A stretch of DNA of 43,229 nt, taken from positions 1 to 43,229 of the forward strand of contig CAYTSF010000002.1 in NCBI GenBank assembly GCA_964440335.1, written 5' to 3'. The stretch's first letter is position 1. Each line of letters starts with the position of its first letter. The notes under the pieces are model-generated. The model did no database searches, was not told where the DNA came from, and saw only the letters and a program-made list of their open reading frames with translations. This DNA comes from an uncultured Leptospirales bacterium (GTDB lineage: Bacteria; Spirochaetota; UBA4802; UBA5550). A program made the translations under genes and the position numbers. Of the stretch, positions 9,341 to 19,292 are shown piece by piece.

Positions 9341-11209
9341 ATGTATTCTCAATACGACATAATAATTATCGGCGCAGGCCATGCAGGAACTGAAGCCGCA
9401 CTTGCTTCGGCTCGCTGTGGAATGAAAACTTTAATGCTGACAGGTAATCTTGACACAATTGCCCAGATGAGCTGCAATCCCGCAATTGGGGGTCTTGCCA
9501 AAGGTCACCTCGTTCGGGAAATTGATGCCCTTGGCGGGGAGATGGCGATAAACATCGATCATACAGGCATTCATTTTAAGATGCTGAACAAAAGCAAGGG
9601 ACCGGCAGTATGGGCACCCCGGGCTCAGGCCGATAAAAAAGCCTACCAGTTCAGGATGAAGCATATACTGGAACAACAGCCTTCACTTTCAATCATACAG
9701 GATATTGCGGAAGAACTCATTGTTGAGAATAATAAGATTTCAGGCATAAAGACTTTACGCGGCATCGAACATTATTCAAATGCAGTTATTATCTGTACCG
9801 GAACATTTCTCAAGGGATTGATTCACATTGGTGAGTTCCAGCAGAGATCAGGGAGGCTTGCTGACTTTTCATCTGAAGGTTTATCTGACTCATTGCGTAT
9901 AAATGGACTCAACGTACAGAGACTTAAAACCGGTACTCCACCCAGAGTAAATTCGAATACAATCGATTTCAGCAAATGTGAGGCACAGTATCCTGATGAA
10001 TCACCTGAACCTTTTTCATACACTACTCAAAAAATTACAGCCAGACAGATTCCATGCTGGATTACATATACTTCCGATGCCACCCATTCAATAATAAAGG
10101 CAAATATTCATCGTTCCCCATTATATGGAGGTAAAATTAAAGGTATTGGCCCCCGCTATTGCCCTTCTATAGAAGACAAGGTTGTACGCTTTGCAGATAA
10201 ACCAAAACATCAGCTATTCCTTGAACCCGAGGGATTAAATACAAATGAATATTACATAAATGGATTCTCTTCTTCATTGCCTGAAGATGTACAACTTCAA
10301 ATGATTAAAACAATACCAGGTCTTGAAGAAGTTCATGTAATGCGTCCTGCCTATGCTGTTGAATATGATTTCGTCCCCCCCGAGGAGATTAAACCTAACC
10401 TTGAAACAAAAAAAGTTTCCGGCCTTTTTCTTGCAGGCCAGATAAATGGAACATCAGGATATGAAGAGGCTGCTGCCCAGGGGCTTATGGCTGCCATCAA
10501 TGCCGTATCAAAGCTCAGAAACGAACAATCAGTAGTATTGTCACGCTCTGATGCATATATCGGTGTTCTAATTGATGATTTAATAACAAAACCTGTTTTT
10601 GAACCATATAGAATGTTTACCTCAAGGGCAGAACACAGGCTGTTGCTGAGACAGGATAATGCTGACAAGAGATTGATGGAAATCGGATACAAAGTTGGCC
10701 TTATTACTAATGATCGTTTTACCAGCATGAAAGAGCGTTACAGAGAGATCGATTCCCGGATTAACCAGTATAAAAATACTACGATTGAAATAGATGACAG
10801 AATTCTCTTAATTTTGAAAAAGACCTCCCCCGATATACAGATAAAGGGGAAACACTCACTGGATAAGCTTCTTAAACGACCTGAAATTACCATCAGCCAG
10901 ATACATGAAATCTGCGGGGAAGAACCCGACGAGAAGATCTCCCCATATATTGAAATGGAAATTAAATACGAAGGCTACATTAAACGAGACATGGAAAGGA
11001 TACACCGTTTCGAAAAATTGGAACAAAAGCGTATACCTGATAATTTCGATTATTCTTCAATCAAGGGACTAAAAAACGAAGCCAGAGAAAAACTTATTAA
11101 ATACACGCCCGAAACTATCGGGCAGGCAGGAAGAATTGCCGGAGTCGACCCAGCTGACATTTCTCTGTTATTGATACACATAGAAGCATTCCATAATAAA
11201 AACAATTAA
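9341..11209 (+). CDS. mnmG: tRNA uridine-5-carboxymethylaminomethyl(34) synthesis enzyme MnmG (GidA)
   Basis: FAD motif [13 protein letters not shown], full-length 622 aa with typical MnmG sequence throughout. Followed by rsmG. Confidence 0.95.
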   Translation: MYSQYDIIIIGAGHAGTEAALASARCGMKTLMLTGNLDTIAQMSCNPAIGGLAKGHLVREIDALGGEMAINIDHTGIHFKMLNKSKGPAVWAPRAQADKKAYQFRMKHILEQQPSLSIIQDIAEELIVENNKISGIKTLRGIEHYSNAVIICTGTFLKGLIHIGEFQQRSGRLADFSSEGLSDSLRINGLNVQRLKTGTPPRVNSNTIDFSKCEAQYPDESPEPFSYTTQKITARQIPCWITYTSDATHSIIKANIHRSPLYGGKIKGIGPRYCPSIEDKVVRFADKPKHQLFLEPEGLNTNEYYINGFSSSLPEDVQLQMIKTIPGLEEVHVMRPAYAVEYDFVPPEEIKPNLETKKVSGLFLAGQINGTSGYEEAAAQGLMAAINAVSKLRNEQSVVLSRSDAYIGVLIDDLITKPVFEPYRMFTSRAEHRLLLRQDNADKRLMEIGYKVGLITNDRFTSMKERYREIDSRINQYKNTTIEIDDRILLILKKTSPDIQIKGKHSLDKLLKRPEITISQIHEICGEEPDEKISPYIEMEIKYEGYIKRDMERIHRFEKLEQKRIPDNFDYSSIKGLKNEAREKLIKYTPETIGQAGRIAGVDPADISLLLIHIEAFHNKNN

Positions 11210-11226
11210 TGTTCCACGTGGAACAT
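11209..11226. repeat. 18-bp perfect palindrome ATGTTCCACGTGGAACAT
   Basis: Read directly. Overlaps the last base of the mnmG stop codon and ends 13 nt before the rsmG ATG. Identical to the core of the palindrome at 11396-11433. Confidence 0.9.
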
Positions 11227-11239
11227 CGCAGGATACAAT

Positions 11240-11920
11240 ATGAACTTCCCCGGAATTACCGATTACAATGAACTGAAGAAGCTGGATGATTACGCAGAAT
11301 TAATATATTCCTCAAATACTCACTTTAATCTTACCGGCTTTAAGCAACTCGAGGAAATACGCAGAATCCTGATTTTCGAAAGCCTGGTTCCCTTCTCCGC
11401 AATAGATGTTCCACGTGGAACATCTATTGCGGATATCGGCAGTGGCTCCGGAATTCCAGGGATACCATTGAGCATACGATTCCCGGAGGCAGCCGTCACA
11501 ATGTTCGATGCAACACAGAAAAAAATTGAATTTATCAATTCTACCATCTCGCATCTTAAAATAAGTAATGCCAAGGGCATAAACTGCCGTGTTGAAGATA
11601 TAGGGAGAGACCTGATTTATAGAGAAACTTTTGATTGGGTTATGACAAGAGCAATGGCTGATCCGTATACTGTAATCGAGCTGGGATCTCCTCTTGTTAA
11701 AAAGGATGGATTCATGTACATGTATGTGAACGAAAGCCAGGATATATCAAGCGATAAGGTAATAACTCATATCAATGATCTTGGAATGCTTCTTTTAAAT
11801 GAAGAGGAAAAATACAAAATCCTCAATGTTCAATGTGGAGGAATACTGCTGAAAAAAAGATTCAACACAAACATTAACTTTCCCAGAAGAATTAATGCTA
11901 TACGAAGATCCGCAAAATAA
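11240..11920 (+). CDS. rsmG: 16S rRNA (guanine527-N7)-methyltransferase RsmG (GidB)
   Basis: SAM motif DIGSGSGIPGIPL, conserved position after mnmG, AGGA ribosome-binding site. Confidence 0.9.
   Translation: MNFPGITDYNELKKLDDYAELIYSSNTHFNLTGFKQLEEIRRILIFESLVPFSAIDVPRGTSIADIGSGSGIPGIPLSIRFPEAAVTMFDATQKKIEFINSTISHLKISNAKGINCRVEDIGRDLIYRETFDWVMTRAMADPYTVIELGSPLVKKDGFMYMYVNESQDISSDKVITHINDLGMLLLNEEEKYKILNVQCGGILLKKRFNTNINFPRRINAIRRSAK
11396..11433. repeat. 38-bp perfect palindrome inside the rsmG coding sequence
   Basis: TCCGCAATAGATGTTCCACGTGGAACATCTATTGCGGA equals its own reverse complement (checked base by base). Encodes SAIDVPRGTSIAD. Confidence 0.95.
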
Positions 11921-12277
11921 AAAAAAGATAGACCTGCAACAAGAGACATAATATTCACTTCTTTTACAACATGTTCAATTAACTCATAGCAAAAATGCTT
12001 TCCAGCTGATTAAATATCAACTATATGCTACGTTCGCCAAAAGCATATTCTCAGCTTTAATTTATAACATGCTTAAAAAATATGCCGGACCTGTTTAAAT
12101 TCATCCCTGAATTATTTAATCCCTTCAAATATTCTTTAAGTTGCAATAATATGAAATGAACAGTAAAAATTGTTGTTTCAAATTATTCATTGTCTTGTTT
12201 ATATTGGCTATAAAAATGTATTATAACTTGTCTGATTTTATTAAAGAGATAATTTCTTCTGGAGATTCATCCTGATT

Positions 12278-12658
12278 ATGAATACTGATTTAAACTTCGA
12301 AAAAAGCGGCGGGCTTATCCCGGTAATTATACAGAATGTTGATGATAATGACATACTGATGCTGGGCTATATGAACCGGGAAGCCTTTGATCTGACCATA
12401 AAAACAGGTACGGTTCATTACTGGAGCAGATCAAAAAAAAGAATATGGCAGAAAGGTGAAACTTCCGGACACTTTCAGCATGTGAAAGAGATAAGAATCG
12501 ATTGTGACAATGATACACTGCTGATTAAAGTAATCCAGGCTGGTGATGCTGCCTGCCATGAGGGATACAAGAGTTGTTTTTTCCGTAGAATAGAAAATGG
12601 AAACATGATTATTGACCGGTCAAAAATATTTGAACCGGGCTCTGTATACAGGGACTAG
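12278..12658 (+). CDS. hisI: phosphoribosyl-AMP cyclohydrolase (monofunctional HisI)
   Basis: Typical HisI sequence (GLIPVIIQ..., WSRSKKRIWQKGETSGHFQ, IDCDNDTLLIKV, ACHEGYKSCFF). Confidence 0.9.
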   Translation: MNTDLNFEKSGGLIPVIIQNVDDNDILMLGYMNREAFDLTIKTGTVHYWSRSKKRIWQKGETSGHFQHVKEIRIDCDNDTLLIKVIQAGDAACHEGYKSCFFRRIENGNMIIDRSKIFEPGSVYRD

Positions 12659-12659
12659 T

Positions 12660-14825
12660 ATGGTATTCGAGAATTATACACGTGATCATAACGCGGTATT
12701 CAAACTTGCCAAGGGGGGGTATCTTGTAGAAACGCCCGCCGGATATATTCAGTTCGGGTCACCACCGGAAACAATTAAAGACACGATGTCTCTTCCAGGC
12801 GGGGTACCTGAGATATTTGTTCTTCCGGAAAAAATGTTCAGCTGGATTAAAGGTATCAGTATTGCAGAAATTGAATTCCCGTTATATTATAATTTCTTTT
12901 TAAGAAGTAAAAAGACCCTTATAATCTGTCGCAAGGAACAGTTCCCGAACATTAAAAAAGTCCTCGAAGAATCCCTGTTTGGTCCGGAATCTTTTGATAT
13001 AAATAATGACTATTCTACGCTGGATGGCAGATTGAGTGTTCCTGATATCAAATCAGAAATGAATTATTTCAGGAAAAACAACCGTCTCTCCAACATGGTT
13101 CAGTTCGGATTATTCGACAATAACAGGTTCGGCTACAAAGGTGTGAGTATTGAAATAACGGAAAACAACGAGTACAACATCTCTTCGAAAGGCAGTCATA
13201 TTGCAACTGTTCCAGGTGAAATAGAATATACCCCTCAGTATATAATAGGTGAAAGATTAAAAGATCCATATCTGCCCCCGCTTTTTGGCGTGACCTGTCT
13301 TGGTCCAAGTCATGGATTTGATCCGGAGGAGAATACTTCGGGCTTCATAATCTGGCTTAACCACCAGGGTGTCATGATAGACCCTCCTGTGAACTCAACA
13401 GAATGGCTTGAAGCATCAAATGTAAGTCCCAAGTTTATAGACAGCATCATCCTTACTCACTGCCATGCGGATCATGATGCCGGAACATTTCAGAAAATTC
13501 TTGAAGAGGGGAAAATAACTGTTTATACAACCGAGACTGTCATGAGCAGTTTTCTGCAGAAATATTCAGCGTTGAGTGGCGTTGATACATCCTACCTTGG
13601 CAAACTTTTTAATTTTCATCCGGTAAAAATCGGCTCACCCATATACATCAACGGCGGTAAATTTGACTTTTTTTATACACTCCATTCCATACCGACAATA
13701 GGATTCAGAATGGAATTTCAGAATCAGTCATTCGTTTATACTTCGGATCATAATAACGATCCTGAGCTGCATAGACGGCTTTTAGATGAGAAAATTATCA
13801 GTGATGAGCGATACAACGAACTCACTGGCTTTCCATGGGATTCGAATGTTATCTATCATGAATCAGGTGTACCCCCGCTTCACACACCGATACAATACCT
13901 TAATTCGCTGCCCGTTGATCTACAGAAAAAAACCGTTGTTTATCACATAGCACGAAAAGATTTTCCTGATGAAACTTCGCTTACTCTGGCCAGATTCGGC
14001 ATGGAGAATACCCTGTACTTTCCTACAGAAGCTCCCCCGTACGAAGAGGCATATCAGATCCTGAGTGTTTTCAAACGCCTTGATTTTATGCAGGATATGC
14101 CCATCTGGAAAGCGCAGGAGCTTCTCGATATTGTTGATATCAAAAAATTCACAAAGGGTGAAAGGATCATTGAGAAAGGGACTCCCGGTACTGAATTCTA
14201 TATTATTTATGCCGGCAACATTGCTGTTGAAAATGAAGGTCTTGATGAATCGAAGATATACGGGCCCTACGATTATTTTGGCGAGGTTGCAATCATTACA
14301 GGGCAGAACAGGGCTGCGGATGTTTATGCTGCCACAGACCTGGTCCTTTTTACAATTGAAAAAAATAAGTTTCTGAACTTCATCGTTGGCACGGAGTTTG
14401 AAAGAATCCTTGGGAAAGTTGCATCAACCCGAAGCAGTGAAACATGGAATCTTATGTCGCAAAATAGTTTTTTCAAACACTGCACTCCAACGCAGAGAAC
14501 ATGGATTGAATCAATTTTTATCCCACGGGATTTTAACCAGCCGGGTGAAATAATACTTCAGAATACAAAACTGGAATCTGTCTATCTCATAAGATCAGGT
14601 TCAGTTCATGTCTATTCAGATAACAGGGAGATCAGGACATTGGGCAGGGGTGATTTTGTAGGTTCGCTTCCCAGGCTTTACATGAACCAGGATGCGGTTT
14701 TTTCTTTTAGAAATTCCGGGCCTGTTTCAGTGTTTGAATTAAGGCGCTGTGATATTGTTCAGTTCATTGATAAGAATCCAGGATTAATAATGAAATTCGC
14801 ATATGATCTGGCGGAAGAAAAATGA
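12660..14825 (+). CDS. MBL-fold metallo-hydrolase fused to two cyclic-nucleotide-binding domains, with an uncharacterised ~230-aa N-terminal region
   Basis: HxHxDH motif (THCHADHDAG) and two cNMP-binding modules (FGEVAIITGQNRAADVYA and a second, degenerate one). ATG lies 1 nt after the hisI stop. Confidence 0.8.
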   Translation: MVFENYTRDHNAVFKLAKGGYLVETPAGYIQFGSPPETIKDTMSLPGGVPEIFVLPEKMFSWIKGISIAEIEFPLYYNFFLRSKKTLIICRKEQFPNIKKVLEESLFGPESFDINNDYSTLDGRLSVPDIKSEMNYFRKNNRLSNMVQFGLFDNNRFGYKGVSIEITENNEYNISSKGSHIATVPGEIEYTPQYIIGERLKDPYLPPLFGVTCLGPSHGFDPEENTSGFIIWLNHQGVMIDPPVNSTEWLEASNVSPKFIDSIILTHCHADHDAGTFQKILEEGKITVYTTETVMSSFLQKYSALSGVDTSYLGKLFNFHPVKIGSPIYINGGKFDFFYTLHSIPTIGFRMEFQNQSFVYTSDHNNDPELHRRLLDEKIISDERYNELTGFPWDSNVIYHESGVPPLHTPIQYLNSLPVDLQKKTVVYHIARKDFPDETSLTLARFGMENTLYFPTEAPPYEEAYQILSVFKRLDFMQDMPIWKAQELLDIVDIKKFTKGERIIEKGTPGTEFYIIYAGNIAVENEGLDESKIYGPYDYFGEVAIITGQNRAADVYAATDLVLFTIEKNKFLNFIVGTEFERILGKVASTRSSETWNLMSQNSFFKHCTPTQRTWIESIFIPRDFNQPGEIILQNTKLESVYLIRSGSVHVYSDNREIRTLGRGDFVGSLPRLYMNQDAVFSFRNSGPVSVFELRRCDIVQFIDKNPGLIMKFAYDLAEEK

Positions 14826-15679
14826 TAAATAATGTCTCAATAAATTTCCGACCGGATGATGAACAGTCAATCGCTATCATCGGCAATGTTTGTAATCTGC
14901 TTCTCAAAAAGAAAATAAATATCAATATCCCTGATTACCAGCTCGTTAAACTGCTTAAAAATACTGACAGGATAATAATTGGGGCAGATGCTGATTTCAG
15001 TCCGGATCTTGTAATTGCAATCGGCGGAGATGGAACTTTTCTTAAAACAGCCCGAATGTTTATAGACTGCAATGCCCCGATCTTTGGTATCAACAGGGGG
15101 AAACTCGGTTTTCTTACTGAGTTCAGTCCTGATGAATATGAAAAAAATCTTCTTAAAATTCTTGATGGTGATTTTATCATGACTGAAAAAACGGTCATGC
15201 AGGCTGTTCATCACAGAGATGGTGTTGAGACGCGCCTGTTTTTCTTCAACGATGCTGTAATATCCAAGGGGGCTTTTTCAAGGGCGATCGAAATTGAACT
15301 CTATATTGACGGCCTGTTTTTAAACAGGTTTTCAGGGGATGGACTCATTATTGCAACAGCAACCGGTTCAACTGCATATTCCCTTTCTGCCGGCGGGCCT
15401 ATCATCGCACCAATGGCAAATGATGTATATATCGTAAATCCGGTTTGCCCCCATTCGCTCTCTATGCGCCCGGTTGTTCTTCCGGTAACCTCCGGAATCA
15501 GGGCGCGTACTTTAACCAACCTCACAAATTTATTATTGACAATAGATGGTCAGGTCGCTATCGAATTGAATGGTAGTGATGAAATTACTTTCAGCAAGTC
15601 TGAAAAGAAAATGAAACTGATTCTTCATCCTGAAAAAAACTACTACGCGATCCTTCGTGAAAAATTAAACTGGGGCTGA
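14822..15679 (+). CDS. nadK: NAD kinase
   Basis: GGDGTFL, NDAVISKG and GDGLIIATATGSTAYSLSAGGPI motifs. ATGA overlap with the upstream gene. Confidence 0.9.
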   Translation: MINNVSINFRPDDEQSIAIIGNVCNLLLKKKININIPDYQLVKLLKNTDRIIIGADADFSPDLVIAIGGDGTFLKTARMFIDCNAPIFGINRGKLGFLTEFSPDEYEKNLLKILDGDFIMTEKTVMQAVHHRDGVETRLFFFNDAVISKGAFSRAIEIELYIDGLFLNRFSGDGLIIATATGSTAYSLSAGGPIIAPMANDVYIVNPVCPHSLSMRPVVLPVTSGIRARTLTNLTNLLLTIDGQVAIELNGSDEITFSKSEKKMKLILHPEKNYYAILREKLNWG

Positions 15680-15702
15680 GCCCGGTTCTGCAAGGTGCCT
15701 TT

Positions 15703-17412
15703 ATGCTGCTTGAACTGAGAATAAAAAATTTTGTCATCATTGATTCTCTTTCTGTTAATTTCAAAAACGGGTTGAATATTCTTACCGGTGAAACCGGTGC
15801 CGGTAAATCAATTCTTATAGATGCGATATCCGGTATACTGGGAGAAAAGGTCACCACTGACATGATCCGTACAGGATTTGACAGGGCATCCCTTGAAGCG
15901 ACTTTTGATATATCCGAAATGAATAACCTCAGATCTGCCATGGAAGAATCGGGGATATCGACCGATGAGGATACGCTTATTATACAGAGGGAATTTTTTG
16001 CAAATGGTAAAGGCCGCTGCTTTGCCAATGCCACTCAGATACCTCTGAATAAACTTAAAGAGATTTCTGAATTCCTTATCGATATTCACGGCCAGAACGA
16101 GCACCAGACAATAATAAATATTGCAAAACACAGGGAGCTTCTTGACAGCTTCGGTCAGCTTACAGGTGACGTGGTAAAAGTAAAGGATGTGCATGAACGC
16201 CTTGGCAATATCAGGAACAGAATCAGTTCTTTTCAGATTGATGAAAAGGAGAAGGCGCGAAGGATTGAGTTCAACACTTTTTCGATAAAAGAGATTGATT
16301 CAGCGAAACTGAAAAGCGGCGAAGAGGATGAACTGCGCAGCAACGCAAACCTTCTCCAGAACGCGGAAAAACTTTTTACAGAAATTAACACCTCAACAGA
16401 CCTGATTTCCGGTGACGCGGGAGTAATCCGAAATCTTAAAAAAGTTGAAAGCAGCCTTTCCAGGATATGCGATATTGACCAGAACCTCTCGTCTCTGGTT
16501 GACACAATAAGGGAGGCATTATATTCTCTGGAGGATTCATCGGCAACACTCAGGGATTATAGAAACAGCATAGACTTTTCTCCTGAAAGGATCAACCAGG
16601 TTGAAGAGAGGCTGAACCTCATACAGGGACTCAAGAAAAAATACGGTGATTCCATTGAAGAAATTCTTGCCTATGCTGAAAAGGCCAGGCAGGAGCTTGA
16701 ATCGATTACACAGGGGGATGAGGCTCTCGAAAACCTGAAAACTGAAGAGAAAAAAATAATCGCGGAAGCAAAAAAGATTGCCCTGGAACTTTCTGAAAAA
16801 AGAAAGGCCCATGCAAAAAAACTGGAAGAGCTTGTCATGAAGGAACTTTCAGACCTTGGCATGTCAGGCACGGTATTCAGGATATCCATTAAAAGGGAGG
16901 TTGATCCTAACGGTGACATCGAGAGCGATGATAAAAAATATGTGCTCTACCCTCACGGCCTTGACAGGATTGAGTTTCTGCTCTCTGCCAATGAAGGAGA
17001 GGACCTGAGGCAGTTGCGAAAAGTCGCCTCGGGCGGTGAGCTGTCAAGGATAATGCTCGCGATAAAAAATGTTATTCAGTCAGCAGATATAGTTGATACG
17101 CTGATCTTTGATGAAGTCGATACCGGAATCAGCGGCAAGACCGCTGAGATTGTCGGTAAAAAACTGAAGAACCTTTCGAAGGACAGGCAGGTACTCCTCA
17201 TTACCCACCTTCCGCAAATCGCGGCAATGTCTGACAGCCATTACCTTGTACAGAAGGGAAAATCAGAAGGCAGGGTCACGACTGTAGTAAAAAACCTCAA
17301 CGAAAAAGAGAAGGTTCGTGAAGTCGCCAGGATGCTCGCAGGTGAAGAGGTGACAGAACTTTCGATTAAACATGCTGAAGAGATGATATCAAAGTCCGGG
17401 GCAGGTAAGTGA
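15703..17412 (+). CDS. recN: DNA repair protein RecN
   Basis: Walker A GETGAGKS, long coiled coil, signature SGGELSR, Walker B LIFDEVD. Conserved nadK-recN linkage. Confidence 0.95.
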   Translation: MLLELRIKNFVIIDSLSVNFKNGLNILTGETGAGKSILIDAISGILGEKVTTDMIRTGFDRASLEATFDISEMNNLRSAMEESGISTDEDTLIIQREFFANGKGRCFANATQIPLNKLKEISEFLIDIHGQNEHQTIINIAKHRELLDSFGQLTGDVVKVKDVHERLGNIRNRISSFQIDEKEKARRIEFNTFSIKEIDSAKLKSGEEDELRSNANLLQNAEKLFTEINTSTDLISGDAGVIRNLKKVESSLSRICDIDQNLSSLVDTIREALYSLEDSSATLRDYRNSIDFSPERINQVEERLNLIQGLKKKYGDSIEEILAYAEKARQELESITQGDEALENLKTEEKKIIAEAKKIALELSEKRKAHAKKLEELVMKELSDLGMSGTVFRISIKREVDPNGDIESDDKKYVLYPHGLDRIEFLLSANEGEDLRQLRKVASGGELSRIMLAIKNVIQSADIVDTLIFDEVDTGISGKTAEIVGKKLKNLSKDRQVLLITHLPQIAAMSDSHYLVQKGKSEGRVTTVVKNLNEKEKVREVARMLAGEEVTELSIKHAEEMISKSGAGK

Positions 17413-17987
17413 GCGATACAATCAACCTTTCAGACACATTGAGTCTTCTTCTTCATGAAATGATCAGCCGTACACCTGAATTTGAAAAATTTGATGCCAA
17501 TAAAATACTCCTCTGCTGCTCCTCGAACAAAAAAGCAACAGGGGGCGGCATATACGGAAAACTCCTTCCCATGAAATTTGAAAATGGCGCGGGAATTGTT
17601 AACCACAATGGAAGGTACTTTGCAATCCCCAAACTTTTTATCAATGACACAGAGATTCTTTATATAATGTACTTTTATTTTCCGAAGTTCTTCAACCTCT
17701 CTGCCAGGGATAAAGTGAATGTAATGTTTCATGAACTCTACCATATCAGCCCTGCTTTCAATGGAGACATAAGACGAATGGGAATAATGAAAAAAGCCCA
17801 TGGCCATTCAAAGAAAGCTTTTGAAGAGAGATACATCGATTTTGCAGGTGACTTTTATTCATACATTAAAGAGACACCCTATCATGCTTTTCTCGATATG
17901 AAGAGTGAGGATTTGCTTAAGCGCTTTAATAAAATCCACTACCGCAGAATGAAAAGTATCAGGCCGGTTGAAGTCAAACCCGTTTAG
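17409..17987 (+). CDS. hypothetical protein with HExxH zinc-metallopeptidase motif
   Basis: HELYH motif and a GTGA start/stop overlap with recN. Family not recognised. Confidence 0.5.
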   Translation: MSDTINLSDTLSLLLHEMISRTPEFEKFDANKILLCCSSNKKATGGGIYGKLLPMKFENGAGIVNHNGRYFAIPKLFINDTEILYIMYFYFPKFFNLSARDKVNVMFHELYHISPAFNGDIRRMGIMKKAHGHSKKAFEERYIDFAGDFYSYIKETPYHAFLDMKSEDLLKRFNKIHYRRMKSIRPVEVKPV

Positions 17988-18259
17988 AAATTGTAGTCAC
18001 CTTCAATCCTGCCGTTGTGGGTTGTTAGCCTGTACCCGGTGATTCGCCCGAAAAAAGTAATCCTGTCGGGGTTCTGAATCAATGAGTTCATGTATGTGTT
18101 AATGGTTTCTTCGTCATCAGTATTGATGATTATACAGACAGACCCATTGCCCAGATTTGTCGCTGAACCGTGCAGGTTGTACTTGCGGGCGTATCTCGAG
18201 CAATAGCCCCTGCATCCCACCCCCTGCACTATCCCTTCCAGAATAATTTTTGTTGCCAT
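17984..18259 (-). CDS. acyP: acylphosphatase
   Basis: The internal ATG gives ~91 aa with the signature EGIVQGVGCRGY (VQGVGFR-type). Confidence 0.7.
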   Translation of the reverse strand: MATKIILEGIVQGVGCRGYCSRYARKYNLHGSATNLGNGSVCIIINTDDEETINTYMNSLIQNPDRITFFGRITGYRLTTHNGRIEGDYNF

Positions 18260-18482
18260 GATACCCTGTAGAATTATTAGATTACCTGACAGTACAGGTT
18301 TTTGCAAAGAACTCATCTGTAATGAGTTTAATAATATCTGTAATTATTCCTATACTTTATATTGTAATAATGACATTGTCAATTCCCCGTCGCTTCGGTG
18401 GCGTGGAAATTATAGCAATTGATTTTAAAAAAAGTTCAAAATCAAAACTGATAATATTTAAAGGATTTTTCAACTAATCGAT

Positions 18483-19292
18483 ATGCCGGAACTTATTCAG
18501 ACAGAAGACGGTTCATCAACTCTTTTTTTAGATGAATATAAACAGGCCATGCATTCAATTTCAGGCGCCTACCAGGAATCGATGCTGAAGCATGTTATTC
18601 CATCACAAATACTCGGGAAGAATGACAGGGAACTTTATGTTCTTGATGTGGGCTTTGGACTTGGCTATAACGTTCTGGCCCTGGTATATGAATTCATTCT
18701 AAGAAAAAAAGAATCCGGGCTTACAGTTATATCTCTTGAGAAGGAGAGATCTTTTTCAGGCCATATGAATTCAATCCTGTTCAATGACAGAAGGGATGAA
18801 ATCTATGCTGACATAAAAGAATGCTACGCAAAAGGTTCAGCGCAACATGGCAACATTTATCTGGAGATACTCTTTGGTGATGCAAGGGACTCGCTGAATA
18901 AAATCCCCCATAAATTTAACGCTGTATTCCAGGACCCCTTCTCCCCTGCAAGCAATCCCGAACTATGGAGCGTTGATTATTTTAAAGCCCTGTTTAACCT
19001 GATGTATGACGACTGTATCCTCACGACATACTCAAGTGCTGATCATATAAGAATGGCCATGCTTGAAGCTGGATTACTGGTTGGTATGGGGCCTTCAGTG
19101 GGGAAAAAAAGGGAAGGAACACTTGCCGCTAAAACCGGAATCATTAAACTTCTGGAAGAGGAACGCCTTGCGGAGATTCGTTCAAATGTAAAATCTGAAC
19201 CTTATAGAGATCCGGGTTTTTGCCTGAGCCGCGAAGAAATTACCGGCAACAGGCTTGATGCAATCAGATTAAAAAAAGAGATGCCTATATAA
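18483..19292 (+). CDS. MnmD-like (MnmC methyltransferase-domain/DUF752-type) SAM-dependent tRNA methyltransferase
   Basis: LDVGFGLGYN SAM motif, LFGDAR, and FQDPFSPASNPELWS, which is typical of the MnmC C-terminal methyltransferase family. Confidence 0.7.
   Translation: MPELIQTEDGSSTLFLDEYKQAMHSISGAYQESMLKHVIPSQILGKNDRELYVLDVGFGLGYNVLALVYEFILRKKESGLTVISLEKERSFSGHMNSILFNDRRDEIYADIKECYAKGSAQHGNIYLEILFGDARDSLNKIPHKFNAVFQDPFSPASNPELWSVDYFKALFNLMYDDCILTTYSSADHIRMAMLEAGLLVGMGPSVGKKREGTLAAKTGIIKLLEEERLAEIRSNVKSEPYRDPGFCLSREEITGNRLDAIRLKKEMPI

Noticed and set aside
11312-11580. Minus-strand ORFs 11312..11554 and 11320..11580, the latter sharing the peptide SAIDVPRGTSIA with RsmG.
   Set aside because: The shared peptide is a mirror artefact of the 38-bp palindrome. 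The rest of these ORFs is antisense to a well-supported rsmG.
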